DNA of 64,000 nt, taken from contig CM060733.1 of NCBI GenBank assembly GCA_030704615.1, positions 61,008,001-61,072,000 on the forward strand. Reading direction: 5' to 3'. The position numbers were made by a program, and so were the translations under genes. Every line of letters begins with the position of its first letter. Positions within the stretch are counted from its first letter, which is position 1. Shown here piece by piece: positions 62,850 to 64,000 of the stretch. This DNA is from Takakia lepidozioides. Lineage: Eukaryota > Plantae > Bryophyta. The notes beneath the pieces are model-generated. The model saw nothing but the letters and a program-made list of their open reading frames with translations. It made no database searches and was not told where the DNA came from.

Positions 62850-63700
62850 GACATCTGGTAATTTGACAGGCATTCACGGTTGTCCCACCATTGACTGGGT
62901 CAGAAAAATACTCATTCCACAGCTTCTCCTCATCTCTGTTGCATGTTTTTGGATACTTTCATGTTGTCACATTGGCAGTATCATGTCAAAGTTACTCCAA
63001 ACTCAATTCACTCAACCAGCTAACTTGCAGAATTCAACATCAAAATTCAGGGCCGATTCTCATAAGAGGGAAAAATAGGGTGAAATGTGTTGAAGAAGGT
63101 GCCTTCATTAGCAGTGCCTGATTACATCGAATGTGTCGCTGCTGCTGCGGCTTCTAATTGACCATCTACCCATGCAGGTTTCTTGTAGCTATCATTCCAC
63201 AGGTAATCTGGAGCTTGAATTAATCCGGTCCTCTTGGATGAATCTGGACCCACACTCTATACCTGCTCCTTCAGCTATCCATGCTTTTGCACAAATTATG
63301 CATACATCCTTGTCTTGTTGCTAGCAGCTGCCAATGACAACCTAGAATTTTTCTAGGAAACACCCAACTCAACTTATCACACGAGTTCCAATGCTCAATG
63401 ACATCTGCTACTCTTTGTGATCCAGTAGGCATTCACCTTTTTGCCTCGATTCTCCCACCATTGACTGGGTTAGAAAAGTATTCATTTCACAGCTTCTCCT
63501 CGTTTCTGTTACCTGTTTCTGGATACTTTCATGTTGTCACATTGGCAGTATCAAGTCAAAAGTCACTCCAAACTATGAAAGGTTCACTCAACCAACTAAC
63601 TTGTAGAATTCAACATGGAAATTTAGGGCCGTAAAACAGGGTGGAATGTGTTGACAGTGCGTACCAATTGTGTTGCTGCTGCTGCGGCTTCCAATTGACA
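62850..63700. repeat. Diverged ~300-bp direct duplication (62850-63160 and 63400-63700)
   Basis: Shared CCCACCATTGACTGGGT.AGAAAA.TA.TCATT.CACAGCTTCTCCTC, GGATACTTTCATGTTGTCACATTGGCAGTATCA and GCTGCTGCTGCGGCTTC.AATTGAC. Confidence 0.85.
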
Positions 63701-64000
63701 TAGCACAGTGACATACTGCAGATCATGTCTGAATTGCCCTTTGTGGATTCCAGTGAAAGACTATTCATGGAAGACATAATATCCCCATCGATGGAATGTG
63801 AACTAACACTTGAACAAACTATGACTCTCACCTCATTGACAAACCATATCCATGCAGCTTTTCTATAAAGTATAAGAGCGTTATAAGGTGGTTGTGTTCA
63901 TTTCTAGCCAGCTGGAGGCTAACACTTGAAGGGTCTTGGGTCTTGTCTCACATGGTTATGTTTGTACGGTATGGGAGCAACATGATCATTTTAGAAGAGC

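Overview
Eukaryotic nuclear DNA from a non-seed land plant, most likely a moss-like bryophyte. This is inferred from the GT-AG multi-exon genes, the PLS-PPR remnant, the Tf1/Tcn1-type chromovirus and the mitochondrial-type SSU rRNA fragment. Three host genes look intact. (1) A trifunctional plant tRNA ligase (RNL) on the minus strand, with at least 21 exons, running off the left edge. (2) A divergently transcribed 5-exon F-box gene of the At4g00755 type. (3) A 3-exon group-3 LEA gene. Pseudogene remnants include a frameshifted F-box gene and a PLS-PPR fragment. The rest is a dense, nested transposon landscape: three copies of a tail-less RTE/RTEX-like LINE inside introns, a decayed Helentron-type element (OTU, Rep, helicase, plus an RPA-like gene), a self-priming gypsy remnant, and a copia element split by a large inversion and a 90-bp micro-inversion. 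It also holds two piggyBac families, a fold-back element built from a 16-bp palindrome in the LEA promoter, a hAT MITE and a CACTA end. The most unusual feature is an unclassified TTAA-flanked GT...AC DNA transposon (46480-49536) carrying a patchwork of mitochondrial-type DNA. All calls were made by eye from the sequence; no database searches were run.
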